From: a bacterium
Lineage (GTDB): Bacteria > UBA8248
DNA length: 64,000 nucleotides
Assembly (NCBI GenBank): GCA_965221165.1
Contig: CBDCRP010000003.1
Location: 1,344,001-1,408,000, forward strand
Direction of reading: 5' to 3'
The notes under the pieces were generated by a model. That model searched no databases and was not told the origin of the DNA. It saw nothing but the letters and a program-made list of their open reading frames with translations. The number at the start of each line of letters is the position of its first letter. Positions within the stretch are counted from its first letter, which is position 1. A program made the translations under genes and the position numbers. Shown here one piece after another: positions 51,055 through 60,291 of this stretch.

Positions 51055-53700
51055 CTATGTCATTTTTTCGATCAACCCGGGCACCGCGGCGAGGGCGTCG
51101 TCCACTTTTTCGACGTCCTTGCCGCCCGCTTGCGCGAAGTCCTGCCTGCCGCCGCCTCTGCCGCCGACGAGCGAGGCCACCTCTTTCACCAGATTTCCGG
51201 CATGAACGCGGGAGGTGAGGTCTTTGGTGACGCCGGCGGCGATGGCGACCTTCCCGTCCGTCACGGCGGCGACCACCGCGACGCCGCTTTGAAGCTTGCC
51301 CTTCGCCGCGTCGATGATCCCGCGCAAATCGCCCGCCTGGAGGCCGTCGCGCCTCACGGAGATGAACCTGATGCCTGAAATTTCTTTGGCCTCGGAAGCC
51401 AAATCGCCCATTTCATCGCGCGATTGCCTATCGCGCGAATCCTTCAGTTCGCGCTCCAGCGTCTTCACGCGTTCGAGCAGGCGCCTCACCCGCTCGGCCT
51501 CCTCGAGTGGCGCCGCCCTCGTGAGTTCCCCGATCTCGGAGAGGACGTTCTGCTCCTTGCGCGTCTGACGGAGTGCGCCCTCCCCCGTGAGGGCTTCGAT
51601 GCGCCTCACGCCCGAGGCCACGCTGCCCTCGTGCAGGATGCGGAATAAACCGATGTCTCCTGCGGCGCGCGCATGCGTGCCCCCGCAGAGCTCCATGCTG
51701 AAATCACCCACCGAAACGACCCGCACGTCCTCTCCGTAGCGCTCACCGAAGAGCGCCGTCGCGCCTGCGGACAGCGCGTCATCTATCGACATCTGGCGCG
51801 TATCCACGCTCGCGTTCTCGCGAATCCGCTCATTCACGATGTCCTCGACCCTCTCTCTCTCACGGGTCGTCATCGCCGCGAAATGGGTGTAGTCGAACCG
51901 GAGTCTTTCGGGCGAGAGATGAGAGCCCGCCTGTTTGACGTGATCTCCCAAAACCTGGCGCAGCGCGTATTGCAGCAAATGGGTGGCCGAATGGTTGCGC
52001 CTTAAGAGATCGCGTCTTTCCGCGTCGATTCGCGCGGTAAGACCCTGTCCTTTTTTGAGCGTTCCTTGCGTTACTTCGAGATGATGGACATACACGTCTG
52101 GAAGCGGCTTTTGCGTATCGAGCACGACCGCGGCGCCCTCCGGCCAGGAGAACCCGCCCCTGTCGCCTTCCTGCCCGCCCGATTCCCCGTAAAACGGCGT
52201 CTTATCCAGAACGACGCGCGCTTCCGCCCCCGCGCCGACTTCATCGCAGGGTGCGCCATCCACGATGAGGGCGCGTACATGGGCGTCCTGCTCATCTTGC
52301 TCAAAGCCCGTGAATTCGGTGGCGCCCGCCTCATCGCACACCTGGTGCCAGATTTCATCGACGGCGGCCTCGCCCGAGCCCTTCCAGTGGGCGCGGGCGC
52401 GTTCGCGTTGTTGCTCCATCGCCTCATCAAAACCGCTCTGGTCTATCTCGAGGCCATGAAACGCGGCTGTTTCCACCGCCAAGTCCCATGGATAGCCATA
52501 GGTGTCGAGCAGGGTGAACACCTCCCTGCCCGGAATGGTGGCGCTGCCCGATGACTTCACTTCTTCCGAGAGCGCATCCATGCGCGGCTGACCCTGCGCC
52601 AGGGTGTGGGCGAACCTCTCCTCCTCCGCCAGCGTAACGCGGGAGATGTAGCTCAAATTTTCCCTGAGTTCGGGGAACGCATCGCCCATCATGTCGGCCA
52701 CCTCGCCTGCGGTTTGATGCAAAAACGGCCCGTCGATTCCCAGCATCCTGCCGTGACGCAAGGCCCGCCTCGCCACGCGCCTCAACACGTAGCCCCGGCC
52801 CTCGTTGCTCGGCAGAACGCCGTCGGCCACCAGAAAGCTGACAGAGCGAACGTGGTCCGCGATGACGCGGAAAGAAACGTCGTTCGGCGCATCGCCGCCC
52901 GTATATTCCTTGCCGCAACGCTCCTCGACCGAATGAATCAGCGGCATCAAAAGGTCGGTGTGATAATTGCTGTCTTCTTTCTGCACCACCGCCGCGAGAC
53001 GCTCCAGGCCCATTCCCGTATCGACGGAGGGCTTGGGCAGCGGCTCCATCTTGCCCGAAGCCTCCCGGTTGAACTGCATGAAAACCAGATTCCAGAGTTC
53101 CAGATAACGATCCCCGTCCTCATCCTCGCCCCCGCTCCCCGGCGGCGCGCCGACGATGTGGTCGCCCTGGTCATAGATGAGCTCCGAGCAGGGGCCGCAG
53201 GGGCCGGTGTCCCCCATCGCCCAGAAGTTATCCTTCTCATCCATGCGGACGATGCGCTCGGGCGGAACGCCCACGAGGCGCTCCCAAAGCTCCGCCGCCT
53301 CGTCGTCTTCCCTGAAGACGGTGATCCACATGCGATCTCCATCGAGACCCACGCGATTCACCAGAAAATCCCAGCCGAACTCGACCGCTTTTTCCTTGAA
53401 ATACTGACCGAACGAGAAGTTGCCCAGCATCTCGAAAAACGTGTGGTGACGGGCCGTTCGACCGACATTTTCGAGGTCGTTGTGCTTGCCGCTCACCCGC
53501 AGGCATTTTTGAGAACTCACCGCCCGGGAGTAGTCGCGCTTCTCCAGGCCCGTGAACACGTCCTTGAACTGGACCATGCCGGCATTCGTGAACAACAAGG
53601 TGGGGTCGTTCATGGGCACCAGGCTTGAGCTGCGAACGATCCTGTGGGCTTTGCCGGCGAAGAATTCGAGAAATTTTTGGCGAACCTCATTGCCCTTCAT
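51055..53700 (-). CDS. alaS: Alanine--tRNA ligase
   Basis: FTNAGMVQFK, HHTFFEMLGNFSFG, NHSATH, ELCGGTH, GGG..FAQAGG. Confidence 0.98.
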   Translation of the reverse strand: MKGNEVRQKFLEFFAGKAHRIVRSSSLVPMNDPTLLFTNAGMVQFKDVFTGLEKRDYSRAVSSQKCLRVSGKHNDLENVGRTARHHTFFEMLGNFSFGQYFKEKAVEFGWDFLVNRVGLDGDRMWITVFREDDEAAELWERLVGVPPERIVRMDEKDNFWAMGDTGPCGPCSELIYDQGDHIVGAPPGSGGEDEDGDRYLELWNLVFMQFNREASGKMEPLPKPSVDTGMGLERLAAVVQKEDSNYHTDLLMPLIHSVEERCGKEYTGGDAPNDVSFRVIADHVRSVSFLVADGVLPSNEGRGYVLRRVARRALRHGRMLGIDGPFLHQTAGEVADMMGDAFPELRENLSYISRVTLAEEERFAHTLAQGQPRMDALSEEVKSSGSATIPGREVFTLLDTYGYPWDLAVETAAFHGLEIDQSGFDEAMEQQRERARAHWKGSGEAAVDEIWHQVCDEAGATEFTGFEQDEQDAHVRALIVDGAPCDEVGAGAEARVVLDKTPFYGESGGQEGDRGGFSWPEGAAVVLDTQKPLPDVYVHHLEVTQGTLKKGQGLTARIDAERRDLLRRNHSATHLLQYALRQVLGDHVKQAGSHLSPERLRFDYTHFAAMTTRERERVEDIVNERIRENASVDTRQMSIDDALSAGATALFGERYGEDVRVVSVGDFSMELCGGTHARAAGDIGLFRILHEGSVASGVRRIEALTGEGALRQTRKEQNVLSEIGELTRAAPLEEAERVRRLLERVKTLERELKDSRDRQSRDEMGDLASEAKEISGIRFISVRRDGLQAGDLRGIIDAAKGKLQSGVAVVAAVTDGKVAIAAGVTKDLTSRVHAGNLVKEVASLVGGRGGGRQDFAQAGGKDVEKVDDALAAVPGLIEKMT

Positions 53701-53766
53701 ATGGCGATTTCTCCATGACGCATCTTGATCTCAAAGATTCAGCGGCAAGATGTATTCTGCTCCGCT

Positions 53767-55395
53767 CTAGATGGCGACGTCTTGTTGGTACAGGCCAAAT
53801 ACCTCGCGCATGACATCTGCGATTTCACCGACCGTAGCCAGGGCCTTCACCGCCCTGAGGATATAGGGCAAAAGATTGTCATCACTCACGGCCGCCCGGC
53901 GCAAGGATTCCAGCGCCTCGCTCGCCTCCGCGGCATGCCGCCTCCTCTTGAGCGAGGCGACGCGTTCTTTTTGCTCTCCCTCGACTTCCGGGCGAATCTG
54001 GAGCGTCGAGATGCCGGCCTCTTCTTCTTGCTGATACCGGTTTACGCCGACGACGACCATTTCCCCCTCATCCACGAGGCGCTGATAGGCGTAGGCGCTC
54101 TCCTGAATCTGGCGCTGCACCCACCCCGTTTCGATGGAGCGGAGCATGCCGCCGGAATCGTCGATTTGCCGAATTATCTCCTCCGCCCGGGAGACGATCT
54201 CCGACGTCAGCGCCTCGATGGCGTACGCCCCGCCGCACGGGTCCGCCACGTTCGCCACGTTCGATTCCTCGGCGACTATCTGCTGGGTTCTGAGCGCGAG
54301 CCTCGCCGCATCCTCCGTGGGCAGGGAGAGGGCCTCGTCCATGGAATTCGTGTGAAGCGACTGCGTGCCGCCCAGCACGGCGGCCATCGCCTGAAGAGCG
54401 ACGCGCACGACGTTGTTTTTCGGCTGCTGCGCGGTCAGCGCGCTGCCGGCGGTCTGGGAATGAAACCGCAGCATGCAGGCTTTCTCGGAGCGCGCCCCGA
54501 ACCGCTCGCGCATGATCCGCGCCCAAAGCCTCCGCGCGGCGCGGAACTTCGCAATCTCTTCTAAAAAATGATTGTGCACGTTGAAGAAAAAAGAAATTTG
54601 CGAGCCGAGTTCATCCACGTTCAGGCCCGCTTCCACCGCGGCCCCCACATAGGTGATGGCGTTCGAGAGCGTGAAGGCGACCTCCTGGACAGCGGTGGAG
54701 CCCGCCTCGCGGATGTGGTAGCCGCTGATCGATATGGCGTTCCACTTCGGGACACTGTCCTTGCAAAACTCCATGGTATCGGTGATCAGGCGCAGGCTCG
54801 CCCCGGGCGGATAAATGTAGGTCCCGCGCGAGATGTATTCCTTCAAAATGTCGTTCTGGACGGTTCCCCTGAGCGCCTCGGAGGGGATGCCGCGCTTCTC
54901 GGCCACCGCGACGTAGAGGGCCAGCAGAATGGGAGCGGTGGCGTTGATGGTCATCGACGTGGAAATTTTATCCAGAGGTATGTCCTCCAGCAGAATTTCC
55001 ATGTCCTCGATGGAGGCGATGGACACCCCCACGCGGCCCACTTCGCCGTACACCAGGGGATGATCCGGGTCATACCCAATCTGGGTGGGCAGATCGAACG
55101 CCACGGAAATCCCCATCTGCCCGTGATCGAGGAGGTAGCGGTAGCGGTGGTTGCTCTCCCGCGCGCTGCCGAAACCGGCGTATTGGCGCATCGTCCAAAG
55201 CCTGCCCCGATACATGTTCTCATAGATGCCGCGTGAGTAGGGATACGCGCCCGGTTTCTCATCGGGGTTTTGCGAAGCCACTTCTCCCGGACCGAAAAAC
55301 GCCGGAAGCGTGATTCCCGAGAGCGTGGTCCTGTCCCCTTCCTCCGCACGCTCGCTCCAGGCCCTCTGGGCCATGGCGATGCTCGGTTCGCTCAT
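53767..55395 (-). CDS. Methylmalonyl-CoA mutase family, substrate-binding large subunit
   Basis: [42 protein letters not shown]; no DxHxxG cobalamin domain. Confidence 0.93.
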   Translation of the reverse strand: MSEPSIAMAQRAWSERAEEGDRTTLSGITLPAFFGPGEVASQNPDEKPGAYPYSRGIYENMYRGRLWTMRQYAGFGSARESNHRYRYLLDHGQMGISVAFDLPTQIGYDPDHPLVYGEVGRVGVSIASIEDMEILLEDIPLDKISTSMTINATAPILLALYVAVAEKRGIPSEALRGTVQNDILKEYISRGTYIYPPGASLRLITDTMEFCKDSVPKWNAISISGYHIREAGSTAVQEVAFTLSNAITYVGAAVEAGLNVDELGSQISFFFNVHNHFLEEIAKFRAARRLWARIMRERFGARSEKACMLRFHSQTAGSALTAQQPKNNVVRVALQAMAAVLGGTQSLHTNSMDEALSLPTEDAARLALRTQQIVAEESNVANVADPCGGAYAIEALTSEIVSRAEEIIRQIDDSGGMLRSIETGWVQRQIQESAYAYQRLVDEGEMVVVGVNRYQQEEEAGISTLQIRPEVEGEQKERVASLKRRRHAAEASEALESLRRAAVSDDNLLPYILRAVKALATVGEIADVMREVFGLYQQDVAI

Positions 55396-55618
55396 CGTGA
55401 GAAATCTCCGCAAAACAAAGAAACCGAATGACGCACCTATCCCTAGAAAGAGCAAAATACCATATTCGCTCGCAATCAGGCCAGCTTGAGACGAATTGCC
55501 AGACTCTTGCAAGGAAGCGATATGCGCCGCGCAATGAGTGCGCCGAGCGTTGCGCCTCCCTGAGACTGAGAATTTCTCGCGAATTCCAAAATCGAATCAT
55601 TCAGGGTAAACTTTTTTC

Positions 55619-56227
55619 ATGGCTACCTACCGCTTGCCCCTGTTCCCGCTTCAGGTCGTACTCCTGCCCGGACAGCGCCTGCCCCTGCATATCTTCGAGG
55701 AGCGCTACAAAACCATGATCGGCGAGTGCATCGAGGATGACTCCCCCTTCGGGGTCGTGCTGGTGGAGAAAAGCGGCATCCATAAAATCGGCTGCGTGGC
55801 CCGCATCACCCGGGTGCTCGAAAAATTCCCCGATGGCAGGATGAACATCCTCACCCGGGGCGAGCAGCGCTTCGAGCTTTTCCGCATGTATGACAGCCGG
55901 CCCTATTTCGAGGGAGAGGTGAGCGATTTTCATGACGATGAGGGGGAGGACCCCACGAAATTATGCCGATTGGTGTGGAACGCTCTTAAAAAAAGCGGGG
56001 CGGGGCCCTTGAATTTGCCCGAGAAGTTGCAGGAAAACCCGTTCCGCCTCTCCTTCGCCGTAGCCGAGGTTCTCAGGCTGCCGCTTCGGGAAAAGCAGTC
56101 CTTCCTGAGGTCGCGCTCTCTCACATGGCGCCTGAAGCGGCTGCTTGCGTTCCTTCGAAAAGACAAACTTTCAGAATCCGCCATCAGCGACTACGAGAAG
56201 TCCACCCACACGAACGGACACCCCTGA
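55619..56227 (+). CDS. Lon substrate-binding (N-terminal) domain protein
   Basis: LPLFPL..VLLPG..LPLHIFEERY, G..RF. Confidence 0.9.
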   Translation: MATYRLPLFPLQVVLLPGQRLPLHIFEERYKTMIGECIEDDSPFGVVLVEKSGIHKIGCVARITRVLEKFPDGRMNILTRGEQRFELFRMYDSRPYFEGEVSDFHDDEGEDPTKLCRLVWNALKKSGAGPLNLPEKLQENPFRLSFAVAEVLRLPLREKQSFLRSRSLTWRLKRLLAFLRKDKLSESAISDYEKSTHTNGHP

Positions 56228-56264
56228 AGCCTTCATCGGGATGAAGAGAAAGCGGGCGTAATCG

Positions 56265-57050
56265 CTAGCGGTCTCCCTCTAACACCTGAACGCGCTCGAT
56301 GGAGAGGGCCCTTCCGGTATCCGGGGCCATTTCGACGAGTACGCCGTTGATTTGCCCCTCTCCCCCGGCCACCTCGAAGCGGCGGGGAAGCCCCGATAGA
56401 AACTTGTCCAAAACGATTTCCGTTTTCATCCCGATGACGGAATTGCGCGGTCCCGTCATGCCGACATCCGAAATAAAAGCCGTGCCTTTGGGCAGCACCC
56501 GCTCGTCCGCCGTCTGAATATGGGTATGCGTACCGAAGACGGCGCTCACGCGACCGTCGAGATGCCAGCCCATCGCCACCTTCTCGCTCGTGGCCTCCGC
56601 GTGAAAATCGACCACGATCATTTTCGGCTCATGGCCCATTTGTCTGAGGATTTCATCGACTTCCCTGAATGGGCATTCGACGGGAGGCATGAAGACACGG
56701 CCCATGAGGTTTAAGACGGCGAGGCTCCCTTTTTCGGATTCCAGGACGAAGAAGCCTCTGCCCGGCGTTCGGGGGGGATAGTTCGCGGGCCTGAGCAAGC
56801 GCGGTTCGCGCAAGATGAAGTCCGCTGTCTCCTTGCGATTCCAGATGTGGTTCCCCGAGGTGATGACGTCCGCACCCGCATCGAGCAACTCATCGACCTG
56901 CGCGTTGTTGATCCCGAAGCCGCTGGCCGCGTTCTCCCCGTTGATGACGCACACATCCGCCCCGTGTTCTTCCTTGAGCGCGCCCAGATGGGCGCAGGCC
57001 ATCCGGCGGCCCACTTTTCCCGTGACGTCTCCGATGAAAAGCAGCTTCAA
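56265..57050 (-). CDS. ymdB: YmdB/TIGR00282 metallophosphoesterase
   Basis: FIGDV.G, NGEN, GNH, DFHAEATSEK, GTHTH, DVGMTG. Confidence 0.93.
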   Translation of the reverse strand: MKLLFIGDVTGKVGRRMACAHLGALKEEHGADVCVINGENAASGFGINNAQVDELLDAGADVITSGNHIWNRKETADFILREPRLLRPANYPPRTPGRGFFVLESEKGSLAVLNLMGRVFMPPVECPFREVDEILRQMGHEPKMIVVDFHAEATSEKVAMGWHLDGRVSAVFGTHTHIQTADERVLPKGTAFISDVGMTGPRNSVIGMKTEIVLDKFLSGLPRRFEVAGGEGQINGVLVEMAPDTGRALSIERVQVLEGDR

Positions 57051-57057
57051 GGCAGCC

Positions 57058-58641
57058 TCAACGCGCGGTGGCCATATGGCGGGTCTCACGGATGACGGTG
57101 ACGAGAATTTCGCCCGGATACGTGCGCTCGCTCTCGATTCTCTTGGCGATGTCCCGCGCCAGGAAGGTGGCCTGCGAGTCGGTGATCTCATCGGGCAGGA
57201 CCGACACGCGAATCTCCCGGCCCGCCTGGATGGCGAAACACTTCTCCACACCCTTGAAGGATTCGGCGATCTTCTCCAGCGCCTCCAAGCGCTTGATGTA
57301 GCTCTCCACCATCTCGCGCCTTGCCCCCGGACGGGCGGCGGAAAGCGTATCGGCCGCCTTCACCAGAACGGATTCGATGCAATTCGCCTCCTCGTCCTCA
57401 TGGTGGGAGACGATGGCGTTCAAGACCTCGGAGGGCTCGTTGTAGCGCTTGGCGATGTCGTAGCCTATCTGGACGTGAGAACCCTCGACCTCATGCGTCG
57501 CCGCCTTGCCGATGTCATGAAACAAGCCGGCGCGCTTGGCCATCGTGGGGTCGATGCGCAGCTCATCCGCCAGCATCCCCGCGAGATAGGCTACCTCCTT
57601 GGAGTGCATCAGCGCGTTCTGGCTATAGCTCGTGCGGTATTTGAGACGCCCCAGCAGCTTCACCAGTTCGGGATGCACATCCCCTATCCCAAGCTCCATG
57701 ACGGCCTCCTCGCCCGCCTGGCGTATCTGCCCATCGATGTCTCTTTTCGTCTTGTTGACGATGTCCTCGATTCGGCCCGGATGGATTCTTCCGTCCTGCA
57801 CGAGCGCCTCGAGTGCCAGGCGCGCCGTCTCTCGGCGAACCTTGTCGAAGCCCGAGACGACGACGGCCTCGGGCGTATCGTCGATGATCACGTCCACGCC
57901 GGTCGCCATCTCCAGTGCGCGGATGTTTCTCCCCTCACGACCGATGATGCGGCCTTTCATCTCATCGGTCGGCAAATCCACCACGCTCACCAGGTTTTCC
58001 GCCACATGCTCGGAAGAGAACCGCTCCACCGCGAGGGCGAGCGCCTGCCTCGCATCGGAATCCACGGAATTCCTCGCCTGGCGCTCGAGACGCTGCACCT
58101 CCACGGCGATATCCTGTTTCGCCTCCTCCATGAAGCGATCCATGAGCTCTTTTTTCGCGTTCTCGACGCTGAGGCCGGAAATCTCCTCGAGCTTCCTGAT
58201 CTCCTCTTCCTGGAGTTGCCTGTAGCGCGCTTCCTCGCGCCTCAGTTCCTGCTCTTTTGCGCCCAGCTCGGCATCGCGGCGCTCGACGACCGCCTCCTTG
58301 CCGTCGAGGCTCTCGCGGCGCCTGTCGAGCATCTCTTCGCGCTGATTCACCCTTTGTTCGAGCCTTTGAAGCTCCTCCACGCGGGATTTGTTCTCCCGCT
58401 GAATGCGCTCTCGCTCCTGCAACAATTCCGCTTTGTGGGCTACCTGCGATTCCTGAATCTTTTGCGAGAGCTCCTTCGCCGCGCTCTCGTTGATCTGCTG
58501 AACCCGCTTGTCGGCATCCGCCTCCAACCGGGTGATCATCTCATCATACCGGCGCTTCATCGCCCGCATGATGAACAACACCGCCACACAAACAACGGCG
58601 ACTGCGACAACGACTATCTGCAACAAAACCACGTTATTCAT
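57058..58641 (-). CDS. rny: Ribonuclease Y
   Basis: TM anchor, coiled coil, KH domain ([11 protein letters not shown]), HD motif (HDIGK). Confidence 0.97.
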   Translation of the reverse strand: MNNVVLLQIVVVAVAVVCVAVLFIMRAMKRRYDEMITRLEADADKRVQQINESAAKELSQKIQESQVAHKAELLQERERIQRENKSRVEELQRLEQRVNQREEMLDRRRESLDGKEAVVERRDAELGAKEQELRREEARYRQLQEEEIRKLEEISGLSVENAKKELMDRFMEEAKQDIAVEVQRLERQARNSVDSDARQALALAVERFSSEHVAENLVSVVDLPTDEMKGRIIGREGRNIRALEMATGVDVIIDDTPEAVVVSGFDKVRRETARLALEALVQDGRIHPGRIEDIVNKTKRDIDGQIRQAGEEAVMELGIGDVHPELVKLLGRLKYRTSYSQNALMHSKEVAYLAGMLADELRIDPTMAKRAGLFHDIGKAATHEVEGSHVQIGYDIAKRYNEPSEVLNAIVSHHEDEEANCIESVLVKAADTLSAARPGARREMVESYIKRLEALEKIAESFKGVEKCFAIQAGREIRVSVLPDEITDSQATFLARDIAKRIESERTYPGEILVTVIRETRHMATAR

Positions 58642-58650
58642 ATTCGCCTC

Positions 58651-59268
58651 CTAGGGCATATATTCACGTGGGAGGCAACGCAGCGCCCCCCAATCGGTTA
58701 TCACCCAATCAACGCCGACATCCCAGGCTTCTCGCCTCCAGGATGCACCTATAAGCAACTGAAACGCATAGCAAACGCCCGCCAACAAAGGCCCGGACCC
58801 GTCCCGGGCGCCACGGGAACTCCCAAACGTGCGATCATAGAATCCACCGCCGACCCCCAGCCGGCCGCCATACAAATCGAACGCAAGGCCGGGGGTGACG
58901 ACCACATCCAGTTCATTCGCATCCAGGGGTGGAATATCGCGGAGGGGTTCTGGAATCCGAAGCGTGCCCGGCTGAAGTTCCGTATCGGGACGACTCACCG
59001 GGCAGAAGTGCAAAACATCTTTTTCCACTCTGGGAAAATAAAATATCCTTTTCGCATCGCTACCTTCGTTCCAGAGCGACGAGAGGTCCATCTCACCGCG
59101 AACCGCTGCATATATTCCTACCCTGCGCGCGCCCATGAAGGTCAAAAAAGCATTCAGGCGCCGTCCCGCCCGGCGGCTCAACAAGCCGGCCTCGGCAGGG
59201 GGTAGTTGCGCTCTCATCCCCTTCATTTTCAGCCGAACATCTTGCTTCTCAATGTTCGATCCGGCCAT
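58651..59268 (-). CDS. 5-formyltetrahydrofolate cyclo-ligase
   Basis: K..R, PGLAFD..G.RLG.GGGFYDR, DW.IT. Confidence 0.92.
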   Translation of the reverse strand: MAGSNIEKQDVRLKMKGMRAQLPPAEAGLLSRRAGRRLNAFLTFMGARRVGIYAAVRGEMDLSSLWNEGSDAKRIFYFPRVEKDVLHFCPVSRPDTELQPGTLRIPEPLRDIPPLDANELDVVVTPGLAFDLYGGRLGVGGGFYDRTFGSSRGARDGSGPLLAGVCYAFQLLIGASWRREAWDVGVDWVITDWGALRCLPREYMP

Positions 59269-59352
59269 GAATCCACTTTCAACGCCACACCCGAGCCCCT
59301 CAACTCGGGAGCGGAAACCATGGGCGAGGACCCGAGGTCCATATCATAATGA

Positions 59353-59530
59353 CCCCGCCTTGTGCCGTGTGAAGTTCGCTTTGAACCCAGCTTTCGCCAG
59401 GTGGGCGCCCATGTCACGGCTTTAGGCCGAACTCCCCGAGAGGAATAGCTCACCACCGTAGGGCAGGACTCCCGAAAAAGTAGTACTGGGTCAAAATGCT
59501 TTCCCCCATCACGTACACGGCAGGGCCAAA
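59353..59530 (-). ncRNA. ssrS: 6S RNA
   Basis: Conserved position between zapA and the cyclo-ligase. The ends pair (ccctgccgtgt / acacggcacaagg) and there is a central gacccag / ctgggttc stem. Boundaries are approximate. Confidence 0.85.
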
Positions 59531-59602
59531 GCAAAGACGCATTATGACACTAAAATCAAGGGATGAATACAGGAGAAGCACTGCATGAAGAGAAATTTCG
59601 CC

Positions 59603-59881
59603 TCAGTCCACTCTTTTCGCCATCTCCAGGAGAGAATCGGCGCGCTGCGAGAGGATTTCCTCACTCTCTTGGTTCGCCCTTTTCTCCTCGAACAATTCGT
59701 TGGCGATGTTCATCGAGGCCAGCAGAACGACTTTGAGCGGGTCGTTCGACTGGCGCGAGACCTTGTGGATTTGAGAGTCCACATATTCGGCGAGTTCCAA
59801 CGTATATTCGGCATTGGCCGAACTTTTCAGGTTCAGGGACTGGCCAAAAATTTCTACCATGAGTTTATTCCCCCCGGTCAT
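59603..59881 (-). CDS. zapA: Cell division protein ZapA
   Basis: VEIFGQ, LAEYVD, LASMNIA.E; AAGGAGG RBS. Confidence 0.9.
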   Translation of the reverse strand: MTGGNKLMVEIFGQSLNLKSSANAEYTLELAEYVDSQIHKVSRQSNDPLKVVLLASMNIANELFEEKRANQESEEILSQRADSLLEMAKRVD

Positions 59882-59922
59882 AAGCTGCCTCCTTATGCCG
59901 TCATCCTGCACCTTACGACGAA

Positions 59923-60198
59923 CTACTCGATGTGCGTCAGAATCTTCTCCACGCGCTCGCGAATCTCGGTATGCTCTTGTTGAAGCCGCGCGTTCTCTTG
60001 TTGAAGCCGCGCGTTTTCCGCTTGAGAATTCGTCAACTCATCGGCCTGGGCGCGCACGGACTCGGAATCGACCCGCGCCTCCTCCCTCGCGCTCTGGAGT
60101 TGCAATTCCAGTTCCTGCCGAGAGCGCCTGAGGGCGTTGCGTTCCTCCAAAAGATTCGAGAGCGCGGTTTCGAGCGCATTTAATTTGTCAATGACCAT
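59923..60198 (-). CDS. ZapB-like coiled-coil protein
   Basis: Heptad-rich 91 aa directly upstream of zapA, ending IRERVEKIL. Confidence 0.8.
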   Translation of the reverse strand: MVIDKLNALETALSNLLEERNALRRSRQELELQLQSAREEARVDSESVRAQADELTNSQAENARLQQENARLQQEHTEIRERVEKILTHIE

Positions 60199-60291
60199 TC
60201 GGACACTCTTTCCAAGGGCGTAGAAAATAAGGCCGCGATCAACGCATGTGGATAATTCTAAGTTCGCGAAAGAGCGGTGTCAAGGAAATCA

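Noticed and set aside
56815-59205. 796-aa plus-strand ORF, and similar long ORFs opposite acs, alaS, pheT and pheS
   Set aside because: Antisense to well-supported genes; such open frames are expected in GC-rich DNA.
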